Shown: piece after piece, positions 7,695-17,997 of the stretch
How positions within the stretch are numbered: the first letter of the stretch is position 1
Layout of the letters: each line of letters starts with the position of its first letter
From: Parcubacteria group bacterium
GTDB taxonomy: Bacteria; Patescibacteriota; Minisyncoccia; Phycocordibacterales; Zambryskibacteraceae
Length of the DNA: 64,000 nucleotides
Reading direction: 5' to 3'
NCBI GenBank assembly: GCA_028286565.1
Contig: JAQBRH010000002.1
Span: 145,876-209,875 of the forward strand
Made by a program: the position numbers and the translations under genes
Notes under the pieces: generated by a model
Seen by the model: the letters and a program-made list of their open reading frames with translations, nothing else
Told to the model about the DNA's origin: nothing
Databases searched by the model: none

Positions 7695-8969
7695 CTAAAT
7701 TCTAAAACCTTTGCTGCGGAGCTTTCTGTGGTACCCGATAGCAAATCTGTGCGCCTCGGCGTTCGCGAGAAGTATCGAATGTCTCCACGTCTCTATGTGC
7801 TTTTCTTCGCCGAGTATATCCTTCGGCTTGTGGCGAGAGTCTTTGACCACGGACACGACAGGAATAGAAAATTTCCTCTCCGTAAGCACTGCGTTCGCGG
7901 CGTTGATCTGGCCGACGCCCCCGTCTATGACCATAAGGCTCGGCAGAGGCCACTCCGGATGCCCGAGGCGCCTTTCAATAACTTCCTTTAGATTATTCGT
8001 ATCGTCGACCTTTATCTTCCCGCCCGATCCGCGGATCCTGAATTTCCTGTATTGGCTCTTCTCGAGCTCTCCGTCCTCTATCACGGTCATCACTCCGACG
8101 GTTTCTTTGCCCGAGAGGTGGGCGATGTCATAGGCTTCGATCCTAAATGTATCCCCGCCCTCGATGCGCTCGAGGTCCCGCTTGATGAGGCCCATGTCGT
8201 GGATATGTTCGAGGGCGAACAGCGTCCGCTTGAGCTTTGCCGCCTCTTCGAATTTATTTTGCTTGGCGCATGAGTGCATGTCCCGCTCGACTTCCTTCAA
8301 AAGCTTTTCCATTTTGCCCTCAAAGAACAAAGTGATGTGCTTGATCGTCCGGGCGTATTCTCTTTTTGTGACCTTCCCTACACATACTCCCGGACAAAGT
8401 CCGATCTGAGCATTCCAGCAGGCCTTCGGCTTATCCGGATTTTTCTGCTGGTTATACGGGATGCATTTGTCATCCCTATACGGGAAGATCCTGCGGATGA
8501 TCCTCAAAGCTTCGCGGAGTTCTCCTCCGTGCGGGAAGGGCCCGGCAAGGAACTTCGCATTCAAGTGCGGGCTTGTGCCGTACGAGATCTCCTTGCCTCT
8601 GACCACTCGGATAGCCGGGAACTCTTCATCAGTGATCACCACATAGTTAAAGCTCTTGCCGTCCTTGCCTAGAATATTGTATTTGGGCTGATGCTTTTGG
8701 ATCTCATGAGCTTCGAACATCAGCGCTTCGAGGACGGATTCGGTCTGGTGGTGTTCTATGTGGACCGCGAGCTCGACCATCTCGACTAGGCGCTCCCCGC
8801 GGGTGAGGACGAGGTCCTTGCCGAAATAGCTTTTGACCCGGTCCTTGAGGCTCGTAGCTTTGCCTATGTAGAGGATCTCTTTTTTAGGCCCGATGAAAAA
8901 GTACACTCCGGGAGTGTCAGGAAGCTTTTGGCTCTTTAGCCTGAGTTCATCAAAGGCTTGACTAGTCAT
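7695..8969 (-). CDS. uvrC: Excinuclease ABC subunit C (short form)
   Basis: GIY-YIG PGVY...YIGKA..LK.RV.SYF, UVR domain, RIEAYDIAH, IDGG.GQ, EAHRFAI.YHR. Confidence 0.9.
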   Translation of the reverse strand: MTSQAFDELRLKSQKLPDTPGVYFFIGPKKEILYIGKATSLKDRVKSYFGKDLVLTRGERLVEMVELAVHIEHHQTESVLEALMFEAHEIQKHQPKYNILGKDGKSFNYVVITDEEFPAIRVVRGKEISYGTSPHLNAKFLAGPFPHGGELREALRIIRRIFPYRDDKCIPYNQQKNPDKPKACWNAQIGLCPGVCVGKVTKREYARTIKHITLFFEGKMEKLLKEVERDMHSCAKQNKFEEAAKLKRTLFALEHIHDMGLIKRDLERIEGGDTFRIEAYDIAHLSGKETVGVMTVIEDGELEKSQYRKFRIRGSGGKIKVDDTNNLKEVIERRLGHPEWPLPSLMVIDGGVGQINAANAVLTERKFSIPVVSVVKDSRHKPKDILGEEKHIETWRHSILLANAEAHRFAIGYHRKLRSKGFRI

Positions 8970-9024
8970 AATAAGTATTATAAATTACTTAGAGAACGCG
9001 CACAAACCCGAGCCTAGGACACAT

Positions 9025-9225
9025 ATGGAACGCCCGCCTTACACCGGACCGATGAGCGATCTGGGCGAGCTCGCCCATCGCAGATCGGATGATCCCCATC
9101 CCCTTCCCCCCAATCCGATCCCTCAGGACGCGCTCGAATCTTCCCACGGCGAGAATGTGGAGAAGGCTGCCGAAGGCCCTTCCGGTCTTGCGAGCGCTCT
9201 AGCTAAGCTTTTCCGCGTCGAGTAA
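9025..9225 (+). CDS. Orphan small protein between uvrA and uvrC (opposite strand)
   Basis: 66-aa ORF with AGGA SD filling the intergenic space. Confidence 0.45.
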   Translation: MERPPYTGPMSDLGELAHRRSDDPHPLPPNPIPQDALESSHGENVEKAAEGPSGLASALAKLFRVE

Positions 9226-9275
9226 CCACTCGTCGCTTTTTTTATTTCCCGCCCGCCATCGCAAGACTGACTTGC

Positions 9276-11915
9276 TCAGGCGTTGCGGGCAGGCTTCTTA
9301 TCCTTTTTTAATATCTTTCGGAGATAGTAACCGGTGTGAGTATCGGTGTTCGCCACTTCTTCCGGAGTACCCTTGGCCACGAGCCGGCCTCCCCCATCCC
9401 CTCCTTCGGGACCGATGTCGAGGATGTAGTCGGAGGACTTGATGAGGTCGAGGTTGTGTTCGATGACGACGACCGTGCCGCCCTTGTCCACGAGCTTTTG
9501 CAATATTTCTATAAGCTTCTTCACATCCTCATAGTGAAGTCCGATCGTCGGCTCATCCAGGATGTAGATGGTCTTTTGGAGCTGAGGACGATAGAGCTCC
9601 GAAGAGATCTTTACGCGCTGGGCTTCTCCGCCCGAAAGGGTCGTCGCGCTCTGGCCGAGCTTCAAATATCCGAGTCCGACGTCGTCCATGGTCTTCAGAC
9701 GATCATAGATAGCCGGGATCTCTTCAAAGAAGGCGAGGGCTTCTTCGACCGTCATCTCGAGCACTTCAAAGATGTTCTTCTTTTTGTAATGAACCTGAAG
9801 CGTTTCTTTCATGAACCTTTTGCCTCGGCAGACGTCGCAGGGCACGTAGACGGTCGGGAGGAAATGCATCTCCACTTCGATCACCCCGTTGCCCTGGCAG
9901 GTCTCACAGCGGCCGCCCTTCACATTGAAAGAAAAACGATTGGCCTTCCATCCTCGGGCTCGAGCTTCGGAGGATTCGGCGAAAAGCTCTCGGATAAAGG
10001 TAAAGGCGCCCGTGTATGTGGCCGGGTTCGAACGAGGAGTGCGGCCGATGGCCGACTGATCGATAAGGATGGCGCGGCCGACGTATTCGGATCCGGTGAA
10101 TGATTGGGCGTTGAAGGTCTCGGCGCTTCTGTATCGCTTGTCGAGCCTCGCCTGCAAGTTCTTGTAGAGGATCTCGTATATGAAAGACGACTTGCCCGAA
10201 CCGGACACCCCGGTGACGGATACCATGCGCCCGAGCGGAATGTCTACGTTTAAATGCTTGATGTTAAATATTTTGCCTCCTCGGATCGATATTGTGCCCT
10301 TCTCGGATTCTCGACGAATCTCCGGGACTTCTACTCTCTCTTCTCCGCGGAGATAGGCAAGGGTCAGAGACTTCGAATCATTCTTCTTCGCCGTGAGGAG
10401 CGGTTCGAGATAATCCGCGACGACGACGTGTCCCCCATGAACTCCGGCGCCCGGTCCGATGTCCACGATGTAGTCGGCCGAATAAATAGTATCCTCGTCG
10501 TGTTCGACCACGAGGATGGTGTTCCCAAGGTCTCGGAGATCGAGGAGAGTTTTGATGAGGCGGTCATTGTCCCGCGCGTGGAGACCGATGGTCGGCTCGT
10601 CCAAGACATAGAGCGCTCCGACGAGGCCCGAGCCGAGCTGGGAGGCAAGCCTGATGCGCTGGGCTTCCCCGCCCGAGAGCGTGTGAGCCCGGCGATTGAG
10701 GGAGAGATAGTCGATCCCCACATTCAGCATGAACTCGAGGCGGGCGCAGATCTCTTTGGTCACCACTTTCGAAATGTTCTTCTCGCGAACGGTGAGCTTT
10801 ATCTTCTTGAAGAATTCATCCGATTCTTTGATGGACATCTCCGTCAGATCGACGATGTTCTTGCCTCCCAGCAGCACATGCAGAGCTTCCTCTCGAAGCC
10901 TCTTGCCTTTGCATTTTGGACAAGGCTGATTGCCAAAGAGGTATTTCGTACCCAAGCCGTTGCACTCCGGGCACGCTCCATACGGCGAGTTGAAAGAGAA
11001 CAGGCGGGGTTCGATCTCCGGAAAGGAGAAGCCGTCGTTCGGACAGGCCCACTTGGCGCTCATCAGGATCTCTTCAGGAAGTTTTTGCTCGCTCTTCGGT
11101 TTCTGTTCCTCCGCCATGTCGCGGAAGCGGATGACGAGGAGGCCGTCCGATTCTTGGATAGCTTTTTCTATGGACTCGGAGAGCCGCTCGTGCGCGGTCT
11201 TCTCATCCGTCTTGAATTCGTTCAGGCTGATCGAGTCGATCAGGGCGGAGATCGAATGGGCTTTGGTCTTCGTCAGTTCGATCCGGTCTCGAAGGCTCTT
11301 TCTCTGTCCGTCGACGAGTACTTCCGTATAGCCTTTGCCCAAGAGGTCATAGAGAAGCTGATAATATTCGCCTTTCCGGCCGCGGACGATCGGAGAAAAG
11401 ATCTCCACATAGGTCGGGAACTCCATCTTAGAAGTTTTAGGCTGGGCGGCGGTCTTCTCGTCCACGCGCTCGAGGATGAAATTCTTGATCTCTTCGTTCG
11501 AGAGCTTTTTGATCTCCGTACCGCAGATCGGGCAATGCGGATGGCCTATGCGGGCATAGAGGATGCGAAGGTAGTCGTAGATCTCCGTGATGGTAGCCAC
11601 GGTCGAACGAGGGTTGTTCGAACGCGAGGTCTGATCGATGGAGATGGCCGGAGAAAGCCCCACGATCTCATCCACATCCGGCTTCTGCATCTGCTTCAAA
11701 AATTGCCGTGCGTATGAGGACAGGGATTCGACATAGCGCCTCTGTCCTTCGGCAAAGATCGTATCGAACGCCAAAGAAGACTTGCCCGATCCGGAAAGCC
11801 CCGTGAAGACGATCATCTTGCCGCGCGGCATCTCCACCGTGATGTTTTTCAGGTTGTGAGTGCGGGCTCCGCGTACGATGATCTTATCGTGGTTGTGTTT
11901 TGGTTCTTTGGCCAT
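9276..11915 (-). CDS. uvrA: Excinuclease ABC subunit A
   Basis: GARTHNLKN, two Walker A motifs ([16 protein letters not shown]), two LSGGEAQR signatures, Zn fingers; start placed at MAKEPK. Confidence 0.97.
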   Translation of the reverse strand: MAKEPKHNHDKIIVRGARTHNLKNITVEMPRGKMIVFTGLSGSGKSSLAFDTIFAEGQRRYVESLSSYARQFLKQMQKPDVDEIVGLSPAISIDQTSRSNNPRSTVATITEIYDYLRILYARIGHPHCPICGTEIKKLSNEEIKNFILERVDEKTAAQPKTSKMEFPTYVEIFSPIVRGRKGEYYQLLYDLLGKGYTEVLVDGQRKSLRDRIELTKTKAHSISALIDSISLNEFKTDEKTAHERLSESIEKAIQESDGLLVIRFRDMAEEQKPKSEQKLPEEILMSAKWACPNDGFSFPEIEPRLFSFNSPYGACPECNGLGTKYLFGNQPCPKCKGKRLREEALHVLLGGKNIVDLTEMSIKESDEFFKKIKLTVREKNISKVVTKEICARLEFMLNVGIDYLSLNRRAHTLSGGEAQRIRLASQLGSGLVGALYVLDEPTIGLHARDNDRLIKTLLDLRDLGNTILVVEHDEDTIYSADYIVDIGPGAGVHGGHVVVADYLEPLLTAKKNDSKSLTLAYLRGEERVEVPEIRRESEKGTISIRGGKIFNIKHLNVDIPLGRMVSVTGVSGSGKSSFIYEILYKNLQARLDKRYRSAETFNAQSFTGSEYVGRAILIDQSAIGRTPRSNPATYTGAFTFIRELFAESSEARARGWKANRFSFNVKGGRCETCQGNGVIEVEMHFLPTVYVPCDVCRGKRFMKETLQVHYKKKNIFEVLEMTVEEALAFFEEIPAIYDRLKTMDDVGLGYLKLGQSATTLSGGEAQRVKISSELYRPQLQKTIYILDEPTIGLHYEDVKKLIEILQKLVDKGGTVVVIEHNLDLIKSSDYILDIGPEGGDGGGRLVAKGTPEEVANTDTHTGYYLRKILKKDKKPARNA

Positions 11916-12039
11916 ACAAATATGACCCCGGGCTTGGCCCTGGGGGTTACCTATACGCGAAGTATACCATAATTCCCCCTTGACCGATAGAGATATGAGG
12001 CTATGCTGAGTAGAGACCGCCCACCAAGGAATCGTATGA

Positions 12040-12231
12040 ATGATCCACGGAGCCGGATGTACTCGCAACTCAGTGCAGAGTCCCGCTCTCGCCGCATTCA
12101 CACGTTCGTCGCGCTCGCGAGATCGGGCCAACAAAATCCTTCTCGCGCCCAGATCGAGACCCCCGAACCGGCCGAAGCCGATCCCCACGAACTTGCCTCC
12201 GACTGAATTTCAGCCGGAGGATTTTATTTAG
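12040..12231 (+). CDS. Possible orphan small protein
   Basis: Downstream of a TTGACC-N17-TATGCT promoter; start uncertain. Confidence 0.35.
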   Translation: MIHGAGCTRNSVQSPALAAFTRSSRSRDRANKILLAPRSRPPNRPKPIPTNLPPTEFQPEDFI

Positions 12232-12269
12232 ACATTTGAACTCATCAGTAAAAAATGTATGATGATTTT

Positions 12270-12503
12270 AGACCTGCCGAATCCTCGGCAGAGTACAACC
12301 CTCCACAGAGGCATCCTATATGATTCGCTGCTCTAGGAATTTGCTTCGCGCGCGACCTCCATGCCGCACCAACGCTCGACAACGTAGGGCATGGTATCGA
12401 GGCCACCGCGGACAGAATCGCTAGAGGGAGGTGATTACATTCCTGCGAGCCTTACCCGCTCGCACCTGATCACAAAAGCTCTGGCCGCCTCGCCAGAGCT
12501 TTC
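12270..12503 (+). other. Promoter- and terminator-bounded structured transcript (ncRNA and/or 34-aa Arg-rich peptide 12320..12424)
   Basis: TTGAAC-N16-TATGAT at 12236..12263; several hairpins; terminator AAAGCTCTGGC-loop-GCCAGAGCTTT. Confidence 0.4.
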
Positions 12504-12509
12504 TCTTAT

Positions 12510-14546
12510 CTATTTCTTCTTGCCTTTCTGCGCCTTTTCTAATTTCTTTTCGAGCGCATAGACCTCGTCGCGGATGATCGCCGCGGTCTCAAAGTCGAGG
12601 TCGCGGACGGCGTTCTCCATCTCTTCTTTCTTATTCTTCAAAAATAGTTTCGGATTCTGTTCAAAGAGAGCCTCGTCGGTCTCGAGGAGCATGTCCACCG
12701 CATGGTGGTGTTCGCGCTCAAGCGTGTCTGTGATGTCTTTGATCTTTTTCTTGATGGTGGTCGGCGTGATCCCGTGTTTTGTGTTGTAGGCCATCTGGAT
12801 CTCGCGCCTTCTCTTCGTCTCGTTCATGGCCCGCTCCATGGATCCCGTGATCGTATCCGCATAGAGGATCACTCGGCCTTCGACATTTCTCGCAGCGCGC
12901 CCGATGATCTGAATGAGGGACGTCTCGGAGCGAAGAAAGCCTTCTTTGTCCGCATCCAAGATGCCGATGAATGTCACTTCGGGGAGATCGAGCCCTTCTC
13001 GAAGGAGGTTCACTCCGACGAGCACGTCGAATTCCCCTTTTCTGAATTCGGTCAGGATCTCTATGCGCTCGATGGTCTTGATCTCCGAATGGAGATACTT
13101 GGCCTTCATCTTTTTTTCCTTGAGATATTCGGAGAGGTCCTCGGCCATTTTCTTCGTGAGCGTCGTGGCGATCACTCGGCCCCCTTTCTTCACAGCCTTC
13201 TCCGCTTCGCTTATAAAATCAGAGACCTGGCCCGCATACGCGGCTTTGCTTTGGATCGGCCGGACGTCGACGACGGGATCGATGAGTCCCGTAGGGCGGA
13301 TGACCTGCTCCACGATCTTCTTGCTGTGCTCCTTTTCAAAAGGGCCCGGGGTGGCCGTGGTAAAGATGACCTGCCCGACCCTCTCCTCGAATTCCTTGAA
13401 CTTGAGCGGACGGTTGTCGAGCGCCGAGGGAAGCCTGAATCCGTGTTCGATCAAGGTATCCTTTCTCGACTTATCTCCGGCGTACATGCCTCCGATCTGG
13501 GAGATGGTCACGTGTGATTCGTCGATGACCGTCAGGAAGTCCGGAGATCCGTCGGCTTTGTGCGGGAAATATGAAAGTAGGGTGTCCGGCGCCTCCCCGG
13601 CCTTGCGGCCCGTAAAGTGCCGTGAATAGTTCTCTATGCCGCTGCAGTAGCCGACCTCTTTGATCATGGCGAGGTCGTAGGTGGTGCGGCGCTTTAGCCT
13701 GTCCGCTTCGAGGATCTTGCCTTCTGTTTTGAATACCTCGAGCTGATCGGCGAGCTCGCTCTTGATGCTCTCGAAGGCGCGCTTGGCCTCGTCTTCTCCG
13801 GTGACGAAGTGCTTGGCCGGGAAAAGAAAGAAAGAATCCGGTTCACTGATGATCGCTCGAGATACTGCGTCGATCCGTTTGATCGAAGCGATCTTGCCTT
13901 CCTCGATCTCGATCCTATAGATCATGCGTTCGCCAGTGGGCATGATCTCAATAGCGTTCCCGATAGCGCGGAAGGTGCCCGGCTTCACATCCGCATTCGT
14001 CCTGGCAAAATGAATATGGATCAATTCTCGTATAAAATCCGAACGCGAGATGGCATCTCCTTTCAGGATCTTCATGTTCACCTTCTCGTATTCCGCCGGA
14101 GATCCGAGGCCATAGATGCAGGACACGGAAGCGACGATGATCACGTCCTTCCTGGTCAGCAAGGCCTGCGTCGAAGCGTGTCTGAGGCGGTCGATCTCTT
14201 CGTTGATCATGGCCTCTTTCTCTATATATGTATCCGTTACCGGCATGTAGGCCTCCGGCTGATAGAAGTCGTAGTAGGAGACGAAGTAGTGCACCGCGTG
14301 GTCAGGGAAGAATTCTCTGTACTCCTGAGCGAGCTGAGCGGCCAGGGTTTTGTTGTGGGCGATGACCAAGGTGGGCTTGCCGATCTGCTCGATCACATTG
14401 GCTGCAGTAAAGGTCTTTCCGGATCCGGTCACTCCAAGGAGCGTTTGATACCTCAGCCCCTTCTTTACTCCATCAACAAGCTCCTTGATCGCCTTTGGCT
14501 GATCCCCTGCGGGCGCAAAATCATTTTTTATCGTAAAAACTGGCAT
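12510..14546 (-). CDS. uvrB: Excinuclease ABC subunit B
   Basis: GVTGSGKT, FVSYYDFYQPEAY, DESH, GFRLPSALDNRPL, C-terminal UVR domain. Confidence 0.98.
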   Translation of the reverse strand: MPVFTIKNDFAPAGDQPKAIKELVDGVKKGLRYQTLLGVTGSGKTFTAANVIEQIGKPTLVIAHNKTLAAQLAQEYREFFPDHAVHYFVSYYDFYQPEAYMPVTDTYIEKEAMINEEIDRLRHASTQALLTRKDVIIVASVSCIYGLGSPAEYEKVNMKILKGDAISRSDFIRELIHIHFARTNADVKPGTFRAIGNAIEIMPTGERMIYRIEIEEGKIASIKRIDAVSRAIISEPDSFFLFPAKHFVTGEDEAKRAFESIKSELADQLEVFKTEGKILEADRLKRRTTYDLAMIKEVGYCSGIENYSRHFTGRKAGEAPDTLLSYFPHKADGSPDFLTVIDESHVTISQIGGMYAGDKSRKDTLIEHGFRLPSALDNRPLKFKEFEERVGQVIFTTATPGPFEKEHSKKIVEQVIRPTGLIDPVVDVRPIQSKAAYAGQVSDFISEAEKAVKKGGRVIATTLTKKMAEDLSEYLKEKKMKAKYLHSEIKTIERIEILTEFRKGEFDVLVGVNLLREGLDLPEVTFIGILDADKEGFLRSETSLIQIIGRAARNVEGRVILYADTITGSMERAMNETKRRREIQMAYNTKHGITPTTIKKKIKDITDTLEREHHHAVDMLLETDEALFEQNPKLFLKNKKEEMENAVRDLDFETAAIIRDEVYALEKKLEKAQKGKKK

Positions 14547-14560
14547 AGATACTGATTATA

Positions 14561-15784
14561 TTACTGACGATAGCCATTAAGGAAGCTTTCTTTAAATTCC
14601 TTAAAATTGCCGTCGAGGATCGATTGCCTCATTCGCTTCACGAGATTAATGATGAAGTAGAGGTTATGGATCGAACCGAGGGTGGAGGCGAGCATCTCAT
14701 GCGAGCGATAGAGGTGAGAGAGATAGCCGAGAGAATAATTCCTGCAGGTCGAGCAGCCGCAAGCCGGGTCGATCGGACCGGCGGCTTCGATGAATTGAGT
14801 GTTGCCTATATTTATCTTTCCGTTCTCTGTGTACAACGTTCCTCCGCGAGCCCTGCGTGTCGGGGCCACGCAGTCAAAGAGATCAACGCCGTTCTCGACT
14901 CCCATGAACAGATCCTCCGGTTCGCCGATCCCGAGGAGATGCCTCGGCTTATCAGGAGGCAAAACATCGTTCACCCACTTCACCGCCGTTTCCATATCTT
15001 CCTTGGCGAATGATCCTCCGATGCCGAAGCCGTCGAAGCCTTCTCCTTTGGAGGTTCTCATTTCTGAGATCAGTTTTGCGGAATCCTTCCTCAGATTCTC
15101 TTCCCTGCCTCCTTGGACTATGCCGAACAAAGCTTGAAATTCAGAATTTGGTTTTGATCTATGGTATTCCAAGCTCTTCTTGGCCCAGCGATGCGTCCGA
15201 TCAAGGGCTTCTTCCTGATACTGCACAGTCTCAGTCGGCGAGGTGCATTCGTCGAAGGCGAAGATGATGTCCGCCCCGAGGTTGTGCTGGATATCGATCG
15301 ATTTCTCCGGAGTGATGTAGTGGAGCGACCCGTCGATGTGCGAACGGAAAGAAACGCCGTCCGATCCGATCGTCGCAAGCCTTGGTACGCCGTCTTCGTT
15401 CGAACGTTCCTGCAAAAGCTGGGACGGATCGGTGATAGAAACGACCTTGTTCAAGGCCTTGCCGTATGCAGCCCCAAGCGAGAAGACTTGGAACCCTCCA
15501 GAGTCCGTCATGATCGGACCGTTCCAGTTCATGAATTTGTGGAGACCGCCGAACCTTTTTATCCGTTCGTCCCCGGGCTGTAGATACAAGTGATACGTGT
15601 TCGCCAGGACGACGTCTGCCCCGGCGTTCACTACATCCTGAGGAGAAAGAGCTTTGACCGTCGCCTTGGTGCCGACGGTGACGAAAGCGGGCGTTGGGAT
15701 GGTGCCGTGTGGCGTCTCAAGCGTTCCCGCCCGCCCGAGCTCACCCGGTATTTCTTTAAGAATGGAGAATGTTATAGGAGCCAT
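14561..15784 (-). CDS. tgt: tRNA-guanine transglycosylase
   Basis: ANTYHL, TDSGGFQVFSL, GIVQGG, PRHLLG, FDCVAPTR, Zn site CGCSTC...HNL. Confidence 0.95.
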   Translation of the reverse strand: MAPITFSILKEIPGELGRAGTLETPHGTIPTPAFVTVGTKATVKALSPQDVVNAGADVVLANTYHLYLQPGDERIKRFGGLHKFMNWNGPIMTDSGGFQVFSLGAAYGKALNKVVSITDPSQLLQERSNEDGVPRLATIGSDGVSFRSHIDGSLHYITPEKSIDIQHNLGADIIFAFDECTSPTETVQYQEEALDRTHRWAKKSLEYHRSKPNSEFQALFGIVQGGREENLRKDSAKLISEMRTSKGEGFDGFGIGGSFAKEDMETAVKWVNDVLPPDKPRHLLGIGEPEDLFMGVENGVDLFDCVAPTRRARGGTLYTENGKINIGNTQFIEAAGPIDPACGCSTCRNYSLGYLSHLYRSHEMLASTLGSIHNLYFIINLVKRMRQSILDGNFKEFKESFLNGYRQ

Positions 15785-15870
15785 GAGGGTAGAGTACCAA
15801 AGCTCGACAGTTTATGCGAGATGACACGTCACTATATACAGGCCTGTACTTCCCTCCTCAGCGAGCGCCT

Positions 15871-16059
15871 ATGATGAGCCTAAAGACGGCGCAGGGCACT
15901 CCCATCCTTACCCCGGAGTGCGACCGGACCAAAGAATTGCGATACTACCGACGCCGGTACGAGCAAACCTTGGGCAGTCACCACCTCGACCCCCGATTCA
16001 CCGATGAACTCGACAAGCTCTCGGCAAAGATCAATGAGCTCGAGAGTGTGGTAAGGTAG
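15871..16059 (+). CDS. Orphan small protein
   Basis: ORF divergent from tgt, followed by hairpin CCGG..CCGG + T-run. Confidence 0.45.
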   Translation: MMSLKTAQGTPILTPECDRTKELRYYRRRYEQTLGSHHLDPRFTDELDKLSAKINELESVVR

Positions 16060-16150
16060 CTCCGGACACTCAGGTGCCCGGTTTTTAATGTCATAAAGCC
16101 GAGCTTCCTACGTTTACTCATGCAGAGCACCTTCCCCCTAGAGAGGACAT

Positions 16151-16651
16151 ATGACTATCCCTCCCCCAAGGTTCAACGTCCCTGCCGAATTGCCCGAAGG
16201 CCAAAAGGCCCTTCGGAACATGTACAGCGCCCTCTTGCTTGAACATCAGAACGGCGGCAAGCACGGCAACGTCCTTGATCAGGTACTTCATAAATGGGAC
16301 CACGTTTCAGTCGCGAAGATCGCGGCGGCAGCGTCGCTCCAGGATCTCATCGCCGCCTGCTACTATGCTGAGCCGACATGCGAAGAGATCACCCGCGGAG
16401 TGGATCGCATTCTGGTCTCCGATATTGGGCCAAAGGATGCGGGGTGGCTCATTGCTATCGCAAGCATCCTGACGAGCCATCATGATGCGGTTCGAGAGAA
16501 GCTCATTGATCGAGCGACAACTCTCCTCATCTCCGACAAGGAAGCCCTGGGAACGCTCCTCACTTCAATGGTCATGATCATCCGGAAGGTGGAGAAGCAC
16601 CGCGGCGGCGTGATCCCGGCCGAGCTTGCTCTGCACCTTGTGTCCCGTTAA
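16151..16651 (+). CDS. Orphan helical hypothetical protein
   Basis: GAGGA SD, 166-aa ORF, downstream hairpin CACCGGAT..ATCCGGTG + T-run. Confidence 0.6.
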   Translation: MTIPPPRFNVPAELPEGQKALRNMYSALLLEHQNGGKHGNVLDQVLHKWDHVSVAKIAAAASLQDLIAACYYAEPTCEEITRGVDRILVSDIGPKDAGWLIAIASILTSHHDAVREKLIDRATTLLISDKEALGTLLTSMVMIIRKVEKHRGGVIPAELALHLVSR

Positions 16652-16759
16652 GCGAGCCTGACCCATAAAGACCCCACCGGATATTGATCCGGTGTTTTAT
16701 TTGACAAAAAGTTATAAAAATGTACAATTAGTTCAGATCACCCGTTGCAAGGAGCGGCC

Positions 16760-16933
16760 ATGAGCATCCTAAAGAGACTTCTCACCCTTGTTCGCCGGTT
16801 CTCAAGAAACGAGGAGGTCCCGGCTCCCCCACCCAACAAGCGCCCGAAACCCGACCTCCCCGATGTTCCCATCTCGCTCAGCGAGAAGGTGAACGACGAA
16901 ATATTTTGGGACGAGGCGGGACTCGGCCGATGA
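16760..16933 (+). CDS. Orphan small Pro-rich protein
   Basis: TTGACA-N16-TACAAT promoter, AAGGAG SD, terminator overlapping the stop codon. Confidence 0.55.
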   Translation: MSILKRLLTLVRRFSRNEEVPAPPPNKRPKPDLPDVPISLSEKVNDEIFWDEAGLGR

Positions 16934-16955
16934 TCCTCTATCATCGGCTTTTTAT

Positions 16956-17969
16956 TTATCTTTTGGCGATAATGCTTTTTTTATACAGATCCAAGTGCTC
17001 AAGGGCGACGCCCGTGCCTTTGGCCACGCAGTAGAGCGCATCCTTGGCGAGGACGGCCTTCACGCCGGTGCGCCTGAATACGAGTTCGGGGAGATGACGG
17101 AGCTGGGACGACCCGCCGGTCATGATAATGCCTCGGTCGATGATATCGGATGAAAGTTCGGGCGGAGTTTCTTGGAGGACATCCTTGATGGCCTTGACCA
17201 TTTCTCGGAGTTCTTTTTGGATGGCTTTCGTTATCTCATTCGATTTGATCTCCACTGTCCGAGGGAGGCCGAGGATGGAGTCGCGCCCCTTTACGCTCAT
17301 CACAAGTTCTTCGTCGAGCGGAACAGCCGAACCGATCTTTATTTTAATGTCCTCCGCCGTCTTTTCACCCACAGCGAGGTTGTAGGTCTTCTTTATATAG
17401 TCGGCGATGGCCGCATCGATCTTGTTCCCGGCCACCTTGACCGAGATGGACGAGACGATCCCTCCGAGAGAAATGACCGCCACGTCCGTCGTCCCACCGC
17501 CTATGTCTACGATCATGTTCCCGGCCGCTTCTTGGATCGGGATGCCGGCTCCGATGGCGGCGAGGATGGGCTCTTTCACCACATAGGCGTTCTTGGCTCC
17601 GGCTTTCACCGCGGCTTCCACCACGGCTCTGCGCTCGGTCGAGGTCACGCCCGCAGGTACGGAGATGAGCACGTCCGGCTTCCAAATGTTCCACTTGCCG
17701 AGGGCTTTGTTGATGTAGTAGCGAAGCATGGCTTCGGTCACGCGATAGTCCGCGATGACACCGTCCTTCATCGGCCGATAGGCGATGATGTTCTCCGGCG
17801 TGCGGCCGATCATGGTCTTGGCTTCGGCGCCGATGGCCAAGATCTTGTTGTCATCCTCAGAAACCGCGACAACCGACGGCTCATTCAAAACAATACCGAT
17901 GCCGGGAACGAAAACGAGGATATTCGTCGTCCCAAGGTCGATGCCGAGCTTCTTAGATCCGAGTGCCAT
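16956..17969 (-). CDS. mreB: Rod shape-determining protein MreB
   Basis: GIDLGTTN, EPSVVA, RPMKDGVIAD, VDIGGGTT, TGG. Confidence 0.97.
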   Translation of the reverse strand: MALGSKKLGIDLGTTNILVFVPGIGIVLNEPSVVAVSEDDNKILAIGAEAKTMIGRTPENIIAYRPMKDGVIADYRVTEAMLRYYINKALGKWNIWKPDVLISVPAGVTSTERRAVVEAAVKAGAKNAYVVKEPILAAIGAGIPIQEAAGNMIVDIGGGTTDVAVISLGGIVSSISVKVAGNKIDAAIADYIKKTYNLAVGEKTAEDIKIKIGSAVPLDEELVMSVKGRDSILGLPRTVEIKSNEITKAIQKELREMVKAIKDVLQETPPELSSDIIDRGIIMTGGSSQLRHLPELVFRRTGVKAVLAKDALYCVAKGTGVALEHLDLYKKSIIAKR

Positions 17970-17997
17970 GCGCCCATAATACCGCTATAATAGGCCC
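17970..17997. promoter_or_regulatory. Bidirectional leaderless promoter for mreB and priA
   Basis: TATAAT-N6-ATG on plus (priA) and TATTAT-N6-ATG on minus (mreB) in a 28-bp spacer. Confidence 0.65.

Noticed and set aside
10254-11717. Long plus-strand ORFs opposite uvrA, and similar ones opposite uvrB, rpoB, rnc/nusB and dnaE
   Set aside because: Antisense shadow frames of well-supported genes, expected from codon bias; no motifs or start signals
11916-12188. 91-aa N-terminal extension of UvrA in the ORF track
   Set aside because: Homology begins at [18 protein letters not shown]; a promoter-like TATACT lies just upstream of 11915 and the region holds an opposite-strand promoter
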